Source of the DNA: Octopus sinensis
Lineage: Eukaryota
Length of the DNA stretch: 64,000 nucleotides
Reading direction: 5' to 3'
Assembly (NCBI RefSeq): GCF_006345805.1
Contig: NC_043004.1
Coordinates: 47,492,001-47,556,000, forward strand
Made by a program: the position numbers and the translations under genes. The notes under the pieces were generated by a model. The model had not been told where the DNA came from and did not search any database. It saw only the letters and a program-made list of their open reading frames with translations. Shown here piece after piece: positions 25,831 through 38,280 of this stretch. Every line of letters starts with the position of its first letter. Positions within the stretch are counted from its first letter, which is position 1.

Positions 25831-26127
25831 CTGATGTAACACCGTGCATCGGATCATGTATTGTTATATTTCGGGATGGTCATTTCTTCTTGCCAAATAA
25901 AATACGCATCATGTATCTGTTTTTCATTTGTTTATAGCAGTTTTTATTTTACGTCTATTGTCTGAAAATATTCCGTTACCCACCTGTGACTTCTTCAGTG
26001 ACTGTCTATCTTATGTGTCTCATATTGCTCTGTGTGGTCTATACTGTCTTTCAATTATATCTTCATGCAGTCTTATTTTGTGTCTACGTTTTATTATGTC
26101 CTGTACCCACATAACATATATATACTA

Positions 26128-26179
<52 letters not shown>

Positions 26180-26192
26180 ATATATATATATA

Positions 26193-26402
26193 GATCGCCA
26201 TGTTGATTCGTTAGCTACTGCACGCATTTTTTTTCTCTCCTTCTTTCTGTGTTTTTCTCTCTCTGTGTATCTTTCTGTTGAAGAGCGTAGGCTCGAAACG
26301 TTAAAGACTTGTTTTATTTATATTTCCTGAGCGCCATACTAATACAATTGTTCGTTTGTTTTCCACCTGCCTTCGTCTTTTTTATTTTTTAAAGCTTCCC
26401 GT
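26193..26402 (+). mobile_element. Short PLE-derived element (hammerhead family 2), best-preserved motif
   Basis: Same family as 17471-17664; lies between two (TA)n tracts. Confidence 0.8.
26270..26307 (+). ncRNA. Minimal hammerhead-like motif, variant core CUGUUGA plus one extra A
   Basis: TCTTT CTGTTGA A GAGC GTAG GCTC GAA ACGT T AAAGA: 5-bp stem I, 4-bp stem II with a tetraloop, palindromic ACGT stem III. Confidence 0.6.
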
Positions 26403-26420
26403 TATATATATACATATTAT

Positions 26421-26453
<33 letters not shown>

Positions 26454-27219
26454 GATATATATATATATTATGTGTGTGTGTGTGTGTGTGTGTGTAGGTA
26501 TGTATATATACATATATATATATTATTTATATCATAGTATGATCGAACGACACGCATCCATTTCCGAGTAACTTTTATTTTATCTCTATTCATTCTATCT
26601 CCCTCTCTAGTTCTTCCTTTCTCTTTTTCTCTCCCACCCTTTCCCTATTCTTCTCCTCTCCTCTTTCCAATTCCCTCTTTCTCTCTCACACTATTCTTCC
26701 TTGAATCTCTCGTTGCTCACACGTGACCAACGGCTATTCATCTTTCTTTCTTCCACTCCCATCCTAAAGATAATACGTGCTTTTCCTGTCTCTTCTCAAA
26801 GCTCGCGTTTCCAGCGTTCGCCAATTCACATCGTCTTGCCTTAACAGCCCTCACCGTTTATTTTTGCTGTTTTGTTCTCAATGTACTGCCTTTGGTACCA
26901 CATTTACCCTCCCCCAAAACCTCAAATTTTATTTAGTTTGCTTTGCGGGAAGGACTGTTTTAACGAAGTCGCGACTTGTCCCTACCTTCGAACGCGGAGT
27001 AGATAAAAGAGGGGACAGCTGACGAAGGGGATGTTTTTCATGTTGCCTGTCTCGTTTCGGTATTTGTTTGTTTCTTTCGTTATTCGAAAACAAATCGTTT
27101 TCTATGTTTTTGTTTTTTATGTTCTCGTTTCTCATTTTGTCAACGTTTTTCTGATACCCTCTACCAATATATGCATGTATATATATATTTATATATATAT
27201 ATATATATGTATGTAGGTA

Positions 27220-27300
<81 letters not shown>

Positions 27301-28998
27301 GCAAATATTTACATATTATTTATATTATTATTATTATTATTATTAGTAGTATATGTATTATAATCTCCATGGAGACGTAAATTTAAATGCACACACTGCA
27401 ATCTGCATGAAAATATAAATTGAAAAGCACATGAAATTTACGGAACTGTAAACTTGTTTTAATGCTTTTAATTTTGTATTGATTAAATATTACTTATATA
27501 GCGTTTTATGAATTATATGCAAACCTGCTTCCCACTCCTGAGAAAAAAACAGTTATAGGAATCTTTATTAATTCATATATTTTGCATTAAATTTTCAAAG
27601 TCAAAAAAGTAAGTTCTTAGTGACTATTACGATATGCAAAAGAAAAACACCTATGCACGAACCTAAAACGCAATACATGAACAGTGAACACCACAAAATA
27701 CGAATAAATAGCATTTACTATTTAATTAAATAACCGTTGTCTTTTCCAGTCAGGTAAAATTTGTCTTGATTTCTGTACATTTAATATGAATTTGTGCCTG
27801 TCTTAGCCTATACTAACTTCAGAAGCTTCTGTCACTAAAATGATATTGTATGTCTGTATGTATGTATGTATGTATCAGGAATCTTGCGAAAAGAATTAAC
27901 AAACGTATAAATATATATATATATAATATATATGTATATATAAAGAGGCAAGGATCAAGATGTAGGAAGATAGTAACCTTCGAGGCGTCCGGGGAAGTTA
28001 GAAAAAGCAACTTTCACCAACAATTGGGATTTATTGACGTAAATGCTTGTAGAGTGTTCCTGTATCCGGAATGGAGTAGATAACATCCAGGCTATATATG
28101 TTCCATAGCTAGCAGAACCTCGGAAGTAGTAATTATCCAAATGAGATGTAATCCGCTCATTTCAATCAAATCTCTAATGAGTCAACATGGGATCTCACGA
28201 TAATGTGAACTTCTTTTGATTAAAGTATTTTCAGTGTGATGAGCAGCTCACAACATTTGTTCGTACTATATGTGCTCTGAGCTCAAATACTGTCGAGGTC
28301 CAATTTAGCTTGCCTCAATATGGTGTTAATCGATAGAACTGTATGATCATCCGTTTGGGCGTCTTATAGCATTTATATATTCATTATAGAAGTTCGGATT
28401 AAAAATTACATTAATCGAATAACTTATTGTCAGTTGTAAAGGAATTCCAGGGAAAGTATTCTCAGACTGATATCCAGGGATACAGAGACCAGAATGTTCT
28501 ACCTCCGTAGCATAATGGTTTATCAAATTAAAACAGAAGTCATACACAGCTTTAAGATGGGAGCAAAATAAATAACCAAGCAATTCATATTCGAACGACA
28601 ACTTTTATAATTTCAGGTATGTAGGAAATAACAATGACGTATCTGTTAGAGCATAGTGATATTTTTCAATCCTGTTTCATAATTTTTTTAGTGCATTGTA
28701 AAATTCAAGGAAGTAGACAAGATGTCCCTGCAGATAAAATATAAGAAAATAGCAAAAGTAAAAAATATAAGAATACTGGTGAGATTTTCTACCAAACTCT
28801 CAGTAAATCTCGTCATAACATTCAAGATATAATTTTCTGGCATATAGAAAAGATGTGTGAACAAAAGAGAAAGAAACTACTCAGCAGAGTTTCCAATAAT
28901 ATTAAAGATACGTGAAAAAGAAGACATGTAAATCAAACTAATAAGAAATCTCTGGAAATGCTCCACACGGTTTAGAAATATACCTGTAATTATTTAAG

Positions 28999-29199
28999 AG
29001 AGAGTTTACGAAAAAAAACAAAAGATGAAGACAGGTGGTGTACAAAACAAACAGATGTATTAGTATAACGCTCAGGAATAGAAAAAAATCTTTTTCGTTT
29101 CGAGCCTACCCTCTTCTACAGAAAGGGAGACAGAAAAAAACAGGGAGAGAAACAAGGAGAGAAAAAATGTGTGTCGTGGCTAACGATCTATGATGGTGA
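28999..29199 (-). mobile_element. Short PLE-derived element (hammerhead family 2) with a 15-bp TSD
   Basis: CTGTAATTATTTAAG at 28984-28998 and 29200-29214 brackets the copy; the hammerhead motif at ~29093-29125 carries substitutions. Confidence 0.85.
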
Positions 29200-30463
29200 C
29201 TGTAATTATTTAAGCATTGGGATACGTAAGCAGCTGCTTCAGCACCCATTTTGTAGAATGCTGGGATTCACAACACCTGAAGTGAACTGATTCATTAAAC
29301 GAATAGAGTTACAAGCCTAAATAGAACTGCGATACAATGTAAAACGTTCCTGTGAAAATATACAAATACATATGTACATATTTGGAAGCAAAAACATACA
29401 GAATCACATAAGCAATGACATCTACGATTATACAAGTGCAAAGGCCAGTATGTACATAAATACATACATCGTGACGAGATACGTATATACATGCGTACAT
29501 GCATAAGTGACTACTTCCTTTAACTTGACTAAACACCAAGAAAAGTTTTCCTTGTGGATAGAGATCGCTACTTTGTCTACAACTGAAAAATGGGGAAATA
29601 TTTGATAATTAGATGAACTTACATGCACGCGCACACATATACACACACGAACACATACATACATATATGCATGCGTATGTGGTCTGTATGTTTACATTGA
29701 TACATACATAAATAGATACGTACGTACATTCATACATCATTATATAAATACATTCATACATACATGCCTTAATTTATACATTTATAAAAAGATACAGACG
29801 GATACACAGGCATGTATACTTACATAAATATACTGTATTTATGTAAGGTACAATATACGGGTACACGAACCTGCAGTGAAAAATATTCTCGATCTTATAT
29901 ACATAGCCATAATTATGTTACCAGTTATATTACATATAGCTGTTCGATTTATGTAATTTATCAACCAAAAAATCTAAAATGAGAAACCATAATCTACAAA
30001 AGATATAATTTGGATATTATTTTTCACTAGATAATTGCAGAATACCATTTCCAAAAAATCCTCAAATGAAAAAAATTATTACATAGTAGATTATTCAAGA
30101 TATATGTTTCTGGATTATACCTACGTTCTGCTCCTTGTGCGAGCGAATCGAAATAGACTAAAGGAAAATTAATTGCTGGTAGGGATACCGTATTTAGTTT
30201 TGCACAATATCATTTATAACTATGTGTTCATATATATGCGTTAAGTGTATGTATGTGTGTGTGTGTGCACGTGCATATGTGGGTGTTCATATGATGCAAA
30301 CCAGTAAGAACAACAAACACGGACATTAATGGGTTTAGTTTAAAACAAAAGTGCGTGCTTGATGTTTCGGAAGTTAGTCATTCAGCAGTAGAAAAAGGAA
30401 ATTGACCATAACATAGAAATTGATGCGTAACATACAAAGAGCGACATGTAACGAAACAAGAAG

Positions 30464-30568
30464 GAAGAAGAAGAAGAAGAAGAAGAAGAAGAAGAAGAAG
30501 AAGAAGAAGAAGAAGAAGAAGAAGAAGAAGAAGAAGAAGAAGAAGAAATAGTAGAAGAAGAAGAAGAA
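30464..30568. repeat. (GAA)n microsatellite
   Basis: Directly visible; pure to about 30547. Confidence 0.97.
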
Positions 30569-31447
30569 AGGGTATTTTTATTCTATCCGCGTGGTCGCTT
30601 TTAGTGACGGATATATCAGTGACTTTTCACAAGACATCGTGTTTTGTTGTTTGCTGTTTTGAGGTTTGTTGCTGCTAGTTTCTATTTCGTTACCCATCAG
30701 ATGTTAGACATCACTCTCTTTTCCTCACCTAACCCCAATCCTTCTCTTTTAATTTGTCTTCTCTTGTTTCGCTAGCGATTAGCTCTAAAAGATTCCAGGG
30801 AACCGAGGCTTTTCTTAATCAACCTTCACTTCGAATATATTACCAGACCACAGTGCTTAAAAGTTATATATTCTTTGGTATACGTGTTCTACTATCAGCT
30901 GAAAGCGGAGTCTGTTTATTGACTCCATAAAGTTGCTTCTGGTGATGACGATGATGGTGATATTCCATGAGGATATTCATTTATCGTGCGATTTATTTGT
31001 TGTCTTTCCTTGTTTTGTTTCCTTAATCTATAGCCAAAGGACCAAAAGGGATGCAGAAGGGAGTCGGAGAACTGGCAATCTTCACCTGCTGTATATTGAA
31101 AGTATGATATTATTTGAGGTACGAACGAAAAAAAAAAGAACCAGGCTTCGGCTGGAGAGAATAGTGTCGGTCAGTAAACACAACCATTGAAGTTAATGTC
31201 AATCGCTACTCTAGAAATTCTATGTGCGTGTGTGTGTCTCTAGTGTGCGCCTGTGTATGTGAGTGTCTATCTATATATTTATATGTCTATATTTATTTAC
31301 ATGCATACGTATATATATATATATATATAAATTTAATAAGAGTATAAAATGATATTAATCAATTAAAACCAGTGGCCTAGCATATTTTTAAAAAATCCGA
31401 AGTTTAAAAATTATATATGTATATATATATATATGTTTGTGTGTGTA

Positions 31448-32850
31448 TTAGAAAACTTGCAGAAAGGATCTACTCAGAATTTCGTAGTGGTTTCAGATTC
31501 GTACGATCCAGAAGGGATATGATTTTCTCCCTTAGACATTTACATAAGAGGTGAAGGTAATAAAACCAACCTCTCTACATTGCATTCGTTGACTTGACGA
31601 AGGTGTTCAAAACGATGAGTAGAAATGGGTTGTTCCAAGTTGTTTGGAAAATTGGATGTTCTCCTCGACGTCTCCGCATCCAGGATTCTTTCCATATGCA
31701 CATAGAAACCACAGTACATTTCAACAGAAACACCTCAGATCTTTGATATTCGACTTGGGGTTTAAATAGGGTTGCGTGCTTGCTTCGGTGTCACGCTACT
31801 TCGGTGCCATGCTGAAGTATGCATTTGGTATGCAAAACGACGGCGTTTGCCCCCACACAAGGTCGGACGGCAAACTATTCAATCTGTCAAGGCTCAATGC
31901 GTAGAGCAAAATCCGCAGGGTTTACGTCCGGAGAATGCCGTTTGTCAACGACGCAGCTCTTGTAGCTCATTCAGAACTAAACTGCAAATAGTGATGTACA
32001 ATCTGAACTGTACGTGCTGTGCCTTCAGCTTAACAACTAGCCAACAGAAGTCCAAGTTAATGGGCCAAGTCGTCTCGGATTCCCCTATTATTACTATCGA
32101 CAACCACTCACTCGATGAGGTCCGAATGGCCTCACACTCGACCAGGAGCTGAACAGGGTTAGCAGCTTCGACTTTCGCCAAACTGGCTCAAAAAGTGTGG
32201 TTAAACGGCAAGCTGACGAGATCCACCAAATTTAGTCTATAATGGATGTGTTCGCGCCACCTTGCTATACGGCGGTGAGAATTAGTGCCTTTACGCCAGA
32301 CAGGAACGCCGCCATAATGCTTTCGATCTGCGCAATCTTCAGAGTATTCTTGGGATCAAAGACCACATCACGAACAACGGGATACTTACCCGTTCCCAGC
32401 TATTAACGACATTTACACTACTTCAGCAACGTAATCTACGCTGGCTGTGACACGTGCACCGAATGCCTGATGCGACGTTACTGAAATATATACAGTATGG
32501 GGAGCTAGCCTCGGCAGACGTGCTCACGGACGACCACATCTCCGTTTCGGGAATGATGGCAAACGTGACATGAAGGCCATGAGTTTGAATACCAAAACAT
32601 GGGGGAACATGGAAAAGACCGTTCCTGCTGGAGACAGACTCTGAATACCGCTCTGAAGATCACATATGTCAGACAGCAGAGGACAGACGGAGACGACGAA
32701 CCACCGACCGACCGACCGACCAACACATTTGCAACAGTTGCAGCCGTATCTGTTACTCACGCATTGGCCTTGTCGGCCACAAGCGTTGCTGCAACACCAA
32801 TCCAATCTAAGGCGCAGATTCATAGACTTCTGAGACTAACGGATGCCAGC
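31448..32850 (+). mobile_element. RTE (BovB-like) LINE reverse transcriptase region, degraded
   Basis: Peptides YIAFVDLTKVFKTMSRNGLFQV, HTRSDGKLFNLSRL and MPFVNDAALVAHS (decayed ADD motif); many stops and frameshifts. Confidence 0.85.
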
Positions 32851-32878
32851 CATATATATATATATATATAGATATATA

Positions 32879-33067
32879 GGGAGATTTTACGAAAAAACAA
32901 AAGACGAAGACAGATGGTGTACAAAACAAAAAGATGTATTTTTGTATAACGCTCAGGAATAGAAAAAGTTGTTTACGTTTCGAGCCTACGCTCTTCTACA
33001 GAAAGGAACACAAAAAAAACAAGGAGAGGAAAAAAGGAGAAAAAAAATGTGTGTAGTGGCTAACGAT
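32879..33067 (-). mobile_element. Short PLE-derived element (hammerhead family 2)
   Basis: Minus strand CTTT CTGTAGA A GAGC GTAG GCTC GAA ACGT A AAC at 32971-33005; (TA)n on both flanks. Confidence 0.8.
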
Positions 33068-33080
33068 ATTATATATATAT

Positions 33081-33126
<46 letters not shown>

Positions 33127-33149
33127 AGTGCACTTTAGATTGCTACTGG

Positions 33150-33520
33150 TAACATTTAACCCAGTACATGCTGCATGGTCGGGCGGCCGGCGTCTAAACC
33201 GGCAAGCCCAGCAAGCTTGCTTGGTGAGGAGGGTGTTTATTGGACACCCTGCGCGATGAAAAACAAATGCTGTCAAAGGGCGGAGGAACTCTTGAGAGTC
33301 AACGGTCATCCAATAAATGTATATGTTTTTTAAACGCTTAAGGCTATATCATTGGCGGGGACATAGAAATAATCGGACTGAAGACCCGATCGCGCGGTTA
33401 AACCATTGGGAGTGAAGGACTCCTAGCCTTTGTTAGGGCATCCTTCTAGGAGAAGGTAACTCAGGTAACTGGGATAGCTCCGACATAAAACCTGCAGCTC
33501 AGTGGTTACCGATGATGTTG
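33150..33520 (+). mobile_element. Possible RTE 5' UTR-like fragment
   Basis: Non-repetitive, GC-richer segment containing CTAGGAGAAGGTAACTC...ATAAAACC, resembling RTE 5' regions; recognition only. Confidence 0.3.
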
Positions 33521-33838
33521 ACTTGTTCTTCTTTTCGGATTATGGCTGCTGTTGCTTAGTGAGTGGGATTGACTCAGTGCACAGCCTTTTCTCACTTTAA
33601 AAAAATCTTCTTGCACAGGCATTGCACGATAGCAACATTGTTCGTGATTGTTGATAGTGCTGTGAGTCTCGACTGAATAGCTGGCTGTAGCCTTAAAAAG
33701 CAAATAAAAGTCACATTCGATCACAACACCAATAACAGTTAAGCTTCGTGCAATGGCCATATTCTATAACGAGGGGGCAGCCATCATATATATATATATA
33801 TATACATACATACATACATACATACATACATACATACA

Positions 33839-33869
<31 letters not shown>

Positions 33870-35357
33870 CTATCTATCTATCTATATATATATACATATA
33901 TATACATGTATGCATATGTATACATAAATACACACACAGATACATACATACACACACATGTATATCTATACATATATATATCCTTACAACATCGTATTGC
34001 AGTTTTCCTTCTGTTAATTCATCAATTCCTCCCGTCCGAAAACTAATCATGTGGCTACATTAGTCATCCGCTTCTTCGTGAAGGCATTCTATCATATATT
34101 ACTTAAGCTGTATACTCATTCACTTCAAGAACTTTAAAACAATTTTATTTGCCTAATTTATATTATTGCTCTATTATTGTCTAATTTATATTATTGCTCT
34201 ATGATTATTTTCTGCACCCAGATGATATCTCTATAGCAACTCCGGGTAAAATTTTATAGAAATTTCTGTAGAACATAGATAGATTTCATAATTTGTCAAG
34301 TGCCTGTACATTTGTAATGAAAATATGCGGGAAATTATTTCTAATATCTATGCAAAGAAGGATGCAATTCCCGCAATATCTTGCAGTTTGAGCTGGAACC
34401 CGGTGAAACGTAATTAAATCTTGAAAGGAATTGAATTCAGATGTTTTTGCCACAATAAATGAATATAATAAAAAAATGTAGAGATGAACAAACTACACGA
34501 AAAAGGTCACTGTAGTAGCCTGAGAAAGGAAAGAAAATTAATATGTGTTTTTCAATGTTAGTTACATGATGGGTTTCGAAATTTATTCACGCCAATGCTG
34601 AGAATATATTACTCAATGTTTAAGAAAACGTCATGTTCATGCCACAAAACCGGGGAAATATATCAAATTCTAAATATCAACGTAATTACATTTTGATGTC
34701 TTTGACGTATACTAACATCCGGAAGGTAGAATATGAAGATAAGAGTGAACAATCTGGCAAAACCTATGAAACCGAGCGTAATCGCAATACAATCTCCTGC
34801 AGGTCAGGTCATCTGAAAAGAAAGGTAGTTCGCCTATGCTAAGTGTAGAAAGAGGAAGTAAATAAGATGTTATATGAAATATGTGTTATTGGCTAGCATA
34901 TGCAACGGAGCGTAAGCAGTGACATATCGATGACTTAATTATATGAGATATGTTCCTAAAACTACTAATAAAGTGGTAATTACGAATCAGACGAAACGAT
35001 GTGGCTATTAATTCAATGTGATCCATCGGCGCAGTAACACGCCATGTATATATCTTGTAGGAATTAGTAATTTCGCTTTTTCGTTATATTTAAAACCTCA
35101 ATATCTCACACACCAAACTAACTTGTTATTTATTAACTCAGATTTGTATTTTACTGCCGAGCACAAATCATTTGACGTGCATTGACAAGCGAGTGAAAGG
35201 AATAACAAAAGCACACGCAGACATATAAGTACAAACCGATAAAGTCGATATATATATGTATGTATATGTATATATATATATATATATATACACGTAATTA
35301 TACAAACACACATATTTATCTATCTGTACACACACACACGTATATATATATATATAT

Positions 35358-35449
<92 letters not shown>

Positions 35450-35450
<1 letters not shown>

Positions 35451-37100
35451 TAGCAAATGCACCCGTCCTTTGGGCGGTGTAATTACTATAATGGTGCACT
35501 GCTGTGGACGGTTTAAGTTGAATTAGTGTGCAGTTCGAAGTTGTTTCAAGTTGATAAGCGTAAAATTTATAATTTATAATTAGCCGTTTATGATATGGTA
35601 TTAAGATACTTAGGTAATTAATAAATATTTTTGAATACAAATTTGGCAGTTAGTGATAAATGAAAGTCCATAAAATGGGATCGCAATTGCAGTTGGTATT
35701 AGGGGTCCTCTACCTTACTTGAAGTGTTTTGTCTGATGTACTTATTTTCTCGTAATACCAAAGCATATTTCTCTAAGTCAGAAATGATAAAGGGAAGCAA
35801 GCATTTATAGCAAACACGCAAATAGAATAATAGCCTGCACAAAAATAAATGTTAGAGCATGCTTATGAGCGAAGAGCGTGCGTGAAGTAAGGAGGGTCAT
35901 TGAAGGTAATGTACAGGTAACAGCAATCAGGGTAATTAAGCAAAACGTCAATGAATATTTGCAGGGAGTTTGATTGCAAACGTCTGGAGTTAGGCATAGA
36001 GGGGAAGAATGCAGTAGGGGAATAACTACTGTAGTGCTGCTTTGTAAACGACATTCTTAGTTTTTCGTTCAGGGGCATAGATGAATATGTTGTCTAGATG
36101 GCCAACTCTGGAAAAACCGACGTACAACTCTCAATGTGAAAAGCAGGATGTTCGACAACTTTATTTGAAACAAAAAACAAAGTTCACATTGATGTTTTTT
36201 TTCCTTACATTGGAAGAGCGAATACGATGCTGATAATGATGGTGATGGTGATGACGACCATGATGTTGGTGAAGATATAATGATGACGTTGTTCGTACTA
36301 GAAATTTTATTTTCATATCAACACAAAGAAACAATTCTCAAGGTAAATGGATTTTATACGTTCGTCATTTATAAGCGCAATCCGACAACTTTCAGCGACT
36401 GACCTTGTGCTTTGTTAATTTGTCATGGCAAAACTGAGTTTCAGAGGGAACTGAAGGCTCTGCATAGGTTAGGAGCTGTCTGTTGGGGTTAGCAGAATTT
36501 TCTGAATGAAAATGGTATCGTTTTTGCCGTATCTCGTGATAATTTGGGCTTCAATGACGTGGTCCGTCATTTGTTTGACCAAAAGGCGAATTCCATTGAA
36601 TAGTGTGGATGCGTTTAGATTGCGTAGGAGGATGACAGGACAACCTACTTTTAAGTGAAGTTCATGGGGAGGGAGTCCTGGAGGATCTTGAGAGTTACGA
36701 AATTCTGTTGGAAAGTGTGTAAACTAATCGAGGACAAGTGATCTGCTACAACAATCTTGAGAACGTAACTGACTGAATAAATCGTAGTTAAGAGTATTGA
36801 CAGTTGCATTTGTAGGGTCAAGAACAGCCCTGTCGTGAAGCCAATCTGGTTTTATGTATTCCGTTGTAAGATTTGGGTAAACAGCAGAACATAAGTCATC
36901 AGGGCTGGATTCAGTGTGGCCAATGGTGGTAGTGTCAACGTATCCGTTGACATCGGATGTAATTAATCCATTGCCGATTTTAAGGATCATTTTCGAAAAC
37001 CGGGTTGTAGGCTGACCAATCAGTGAGAGAGATCTCACGTTGATGTTGAATTGTTTCTATTGGACATGTGACCAAAACAGGGCTGAAACAGCTGTAAGAA
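35450..37100 (-). mobile_element. Helitron 3' portion: decayed PIF1-like helicase C-terminus, 3' UTR and hairpin-CTAG terminus
   Basis: Minus-strand peptides ILKIGNG, VYPNL...WLHDRAVLDPTNATVN, PHELHLKVG, FAMT/INKAQGQSLKVVG and ELYVGFSRVG...KTKNVVYKAALQ* (stop at 36026-36028). Imperfect hairpin at 35460-35479, then CTAG at 35450-35453 abutting (TA)n. Confidence 0.9.
36162..36374. repeat. 213-bp insert in the Helitron ORF; inverted copy of 41254-41466
   Basis: The reverse complement aligns end to end with 41254-41466 with only a handful of differences; helicase homology stops and resumes at its edges. Confidence 0.9.
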
Positions 37101-37470
37101 GTAATTTTTAGGATTTCATTAATTTATACTATGACGTTTAAAATATGTATTTGTATTATTATCTTATCTATTGGCTTATATAATATTTTTGTATGCTTTT
37201 AATGTTCTCATTTGTAATATGAATAAATAATCCAACATTATAATATCCGTAAGTTGATGAACAAACCAAATTTGTTTCTCCATATTCTTACTTGTATTAT
37301 AAATTTACGGTAAAAATATTTCTTTACCTTCACCCGTTTAATACAATAACTGACTTAATTGCATTGCAATTAAAAACATTTATGTATTAAGAATTTGGGT
37401 AATTTACCAACAGTATATTGGATAAATGATATCTCATAGTGGGTTGCACCCATAACCCGTATCTTACTTT

Positions 37471-37508
<38 letters not shown>

Positions 37509-37574
37509 GAGGCAGACAAACAGATAGAATGACAGGAACAGATAAGAGTTATAAATATTTACATAACTAACAGA

Positions 37575-37615
37575 TTGACAGACAGACAGACAGACAGACA
37601 GACAGATAGACAGAG

Positions 37616-37704
<89 letters not shown>

Positions 37705-37705
37705 T
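37575..37705. repeat. (GACA)n(GATA)n microsatellite
   Basis: Directly visible. Confidence 0.95.
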
Positions 37706-37825
37706 GCATATGCTTCTCTCTTGTTAACTATGCGTTTATGACTGTACCCTACTTTTCTTGATGTGCTTGCTGACATGGCATATGAATGCATGACTAAAGA
37801 ACCTAGTTATTAATCAGTATGTATA

Positions 37826-38280
37826 ATGCGGAGAGCTGGCTGTATTGTTAGTACCTCGGGCAAAATGATTAGAGGCGTTTCGTCCATCTTTATGTTCTGG
37901 GTTCAAATTCAGCCGAGGACGACTTTGCCTGTCATCCTTCGGGGTCGGTTAAGTAAATACCTATTTCTTTACTACCCACAAGGGGCTAAACACAGAGGGG
38001 ACAAACAAGGACAGACAAAGGGATTAAGTCAATTACATCGACCCCAGGGTGAAATTGGTACTTTTTTTATCGACCCCGAAAGGATGAAAGGCAAAGTCGA
38101 CCTCGGCGGAATTTGAACTCAGAACGTAACGACAGACGAAATACTGCTAAGCATTTCGCCCGGCGCGCTAACGTTTCTGCCAGCTCGCTGCCTTAAGTAA
38201 ATACCAATGAAACACTGGGATCGATGTAATTGACTCGTACACTTCCCCGAAATTTCAGGCTTTGTGCCTTTAGTAAAAAG
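37826..38280 (+). mobile_element. Older family B SINE split by a nested insertion
   Basis: The head at 37826-37961 resumes at 38193 (TTAAGTAAATACCAATGAAACACTGGGATCGATG...TTTGTGCCTTTAGTAAAAAG). Confidence 0.75.
37962..38192 (-). mobile_element. Younger family B-related SINE, nested, with a 13-bp TSD
   Basis: Minus-strand head AGGCAGCGAGCTGGCAGAAACGTTAGCGCGCCGGGCG; TTAAGTAAATACC at 37949-37961 and 38193-38205. Confidence 0.85.

Noticed and set aside
27015-27095. CTGACGA...TTCGAAA as a further hammerhead
   Set aside because: Stem II is limited to weak G-U pairs, and there is no stem III palindrome or stem I.
36215-36345. Asp-rich open frame ending at a CAAG|GTAAAT donor-like site, as a captured exon
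   Set aside because: The partner copy at 41254-41466 differs by a 1-bp indel that breaks this frame, and the acidic stretch is a (GAT)n-like low-complexity run.
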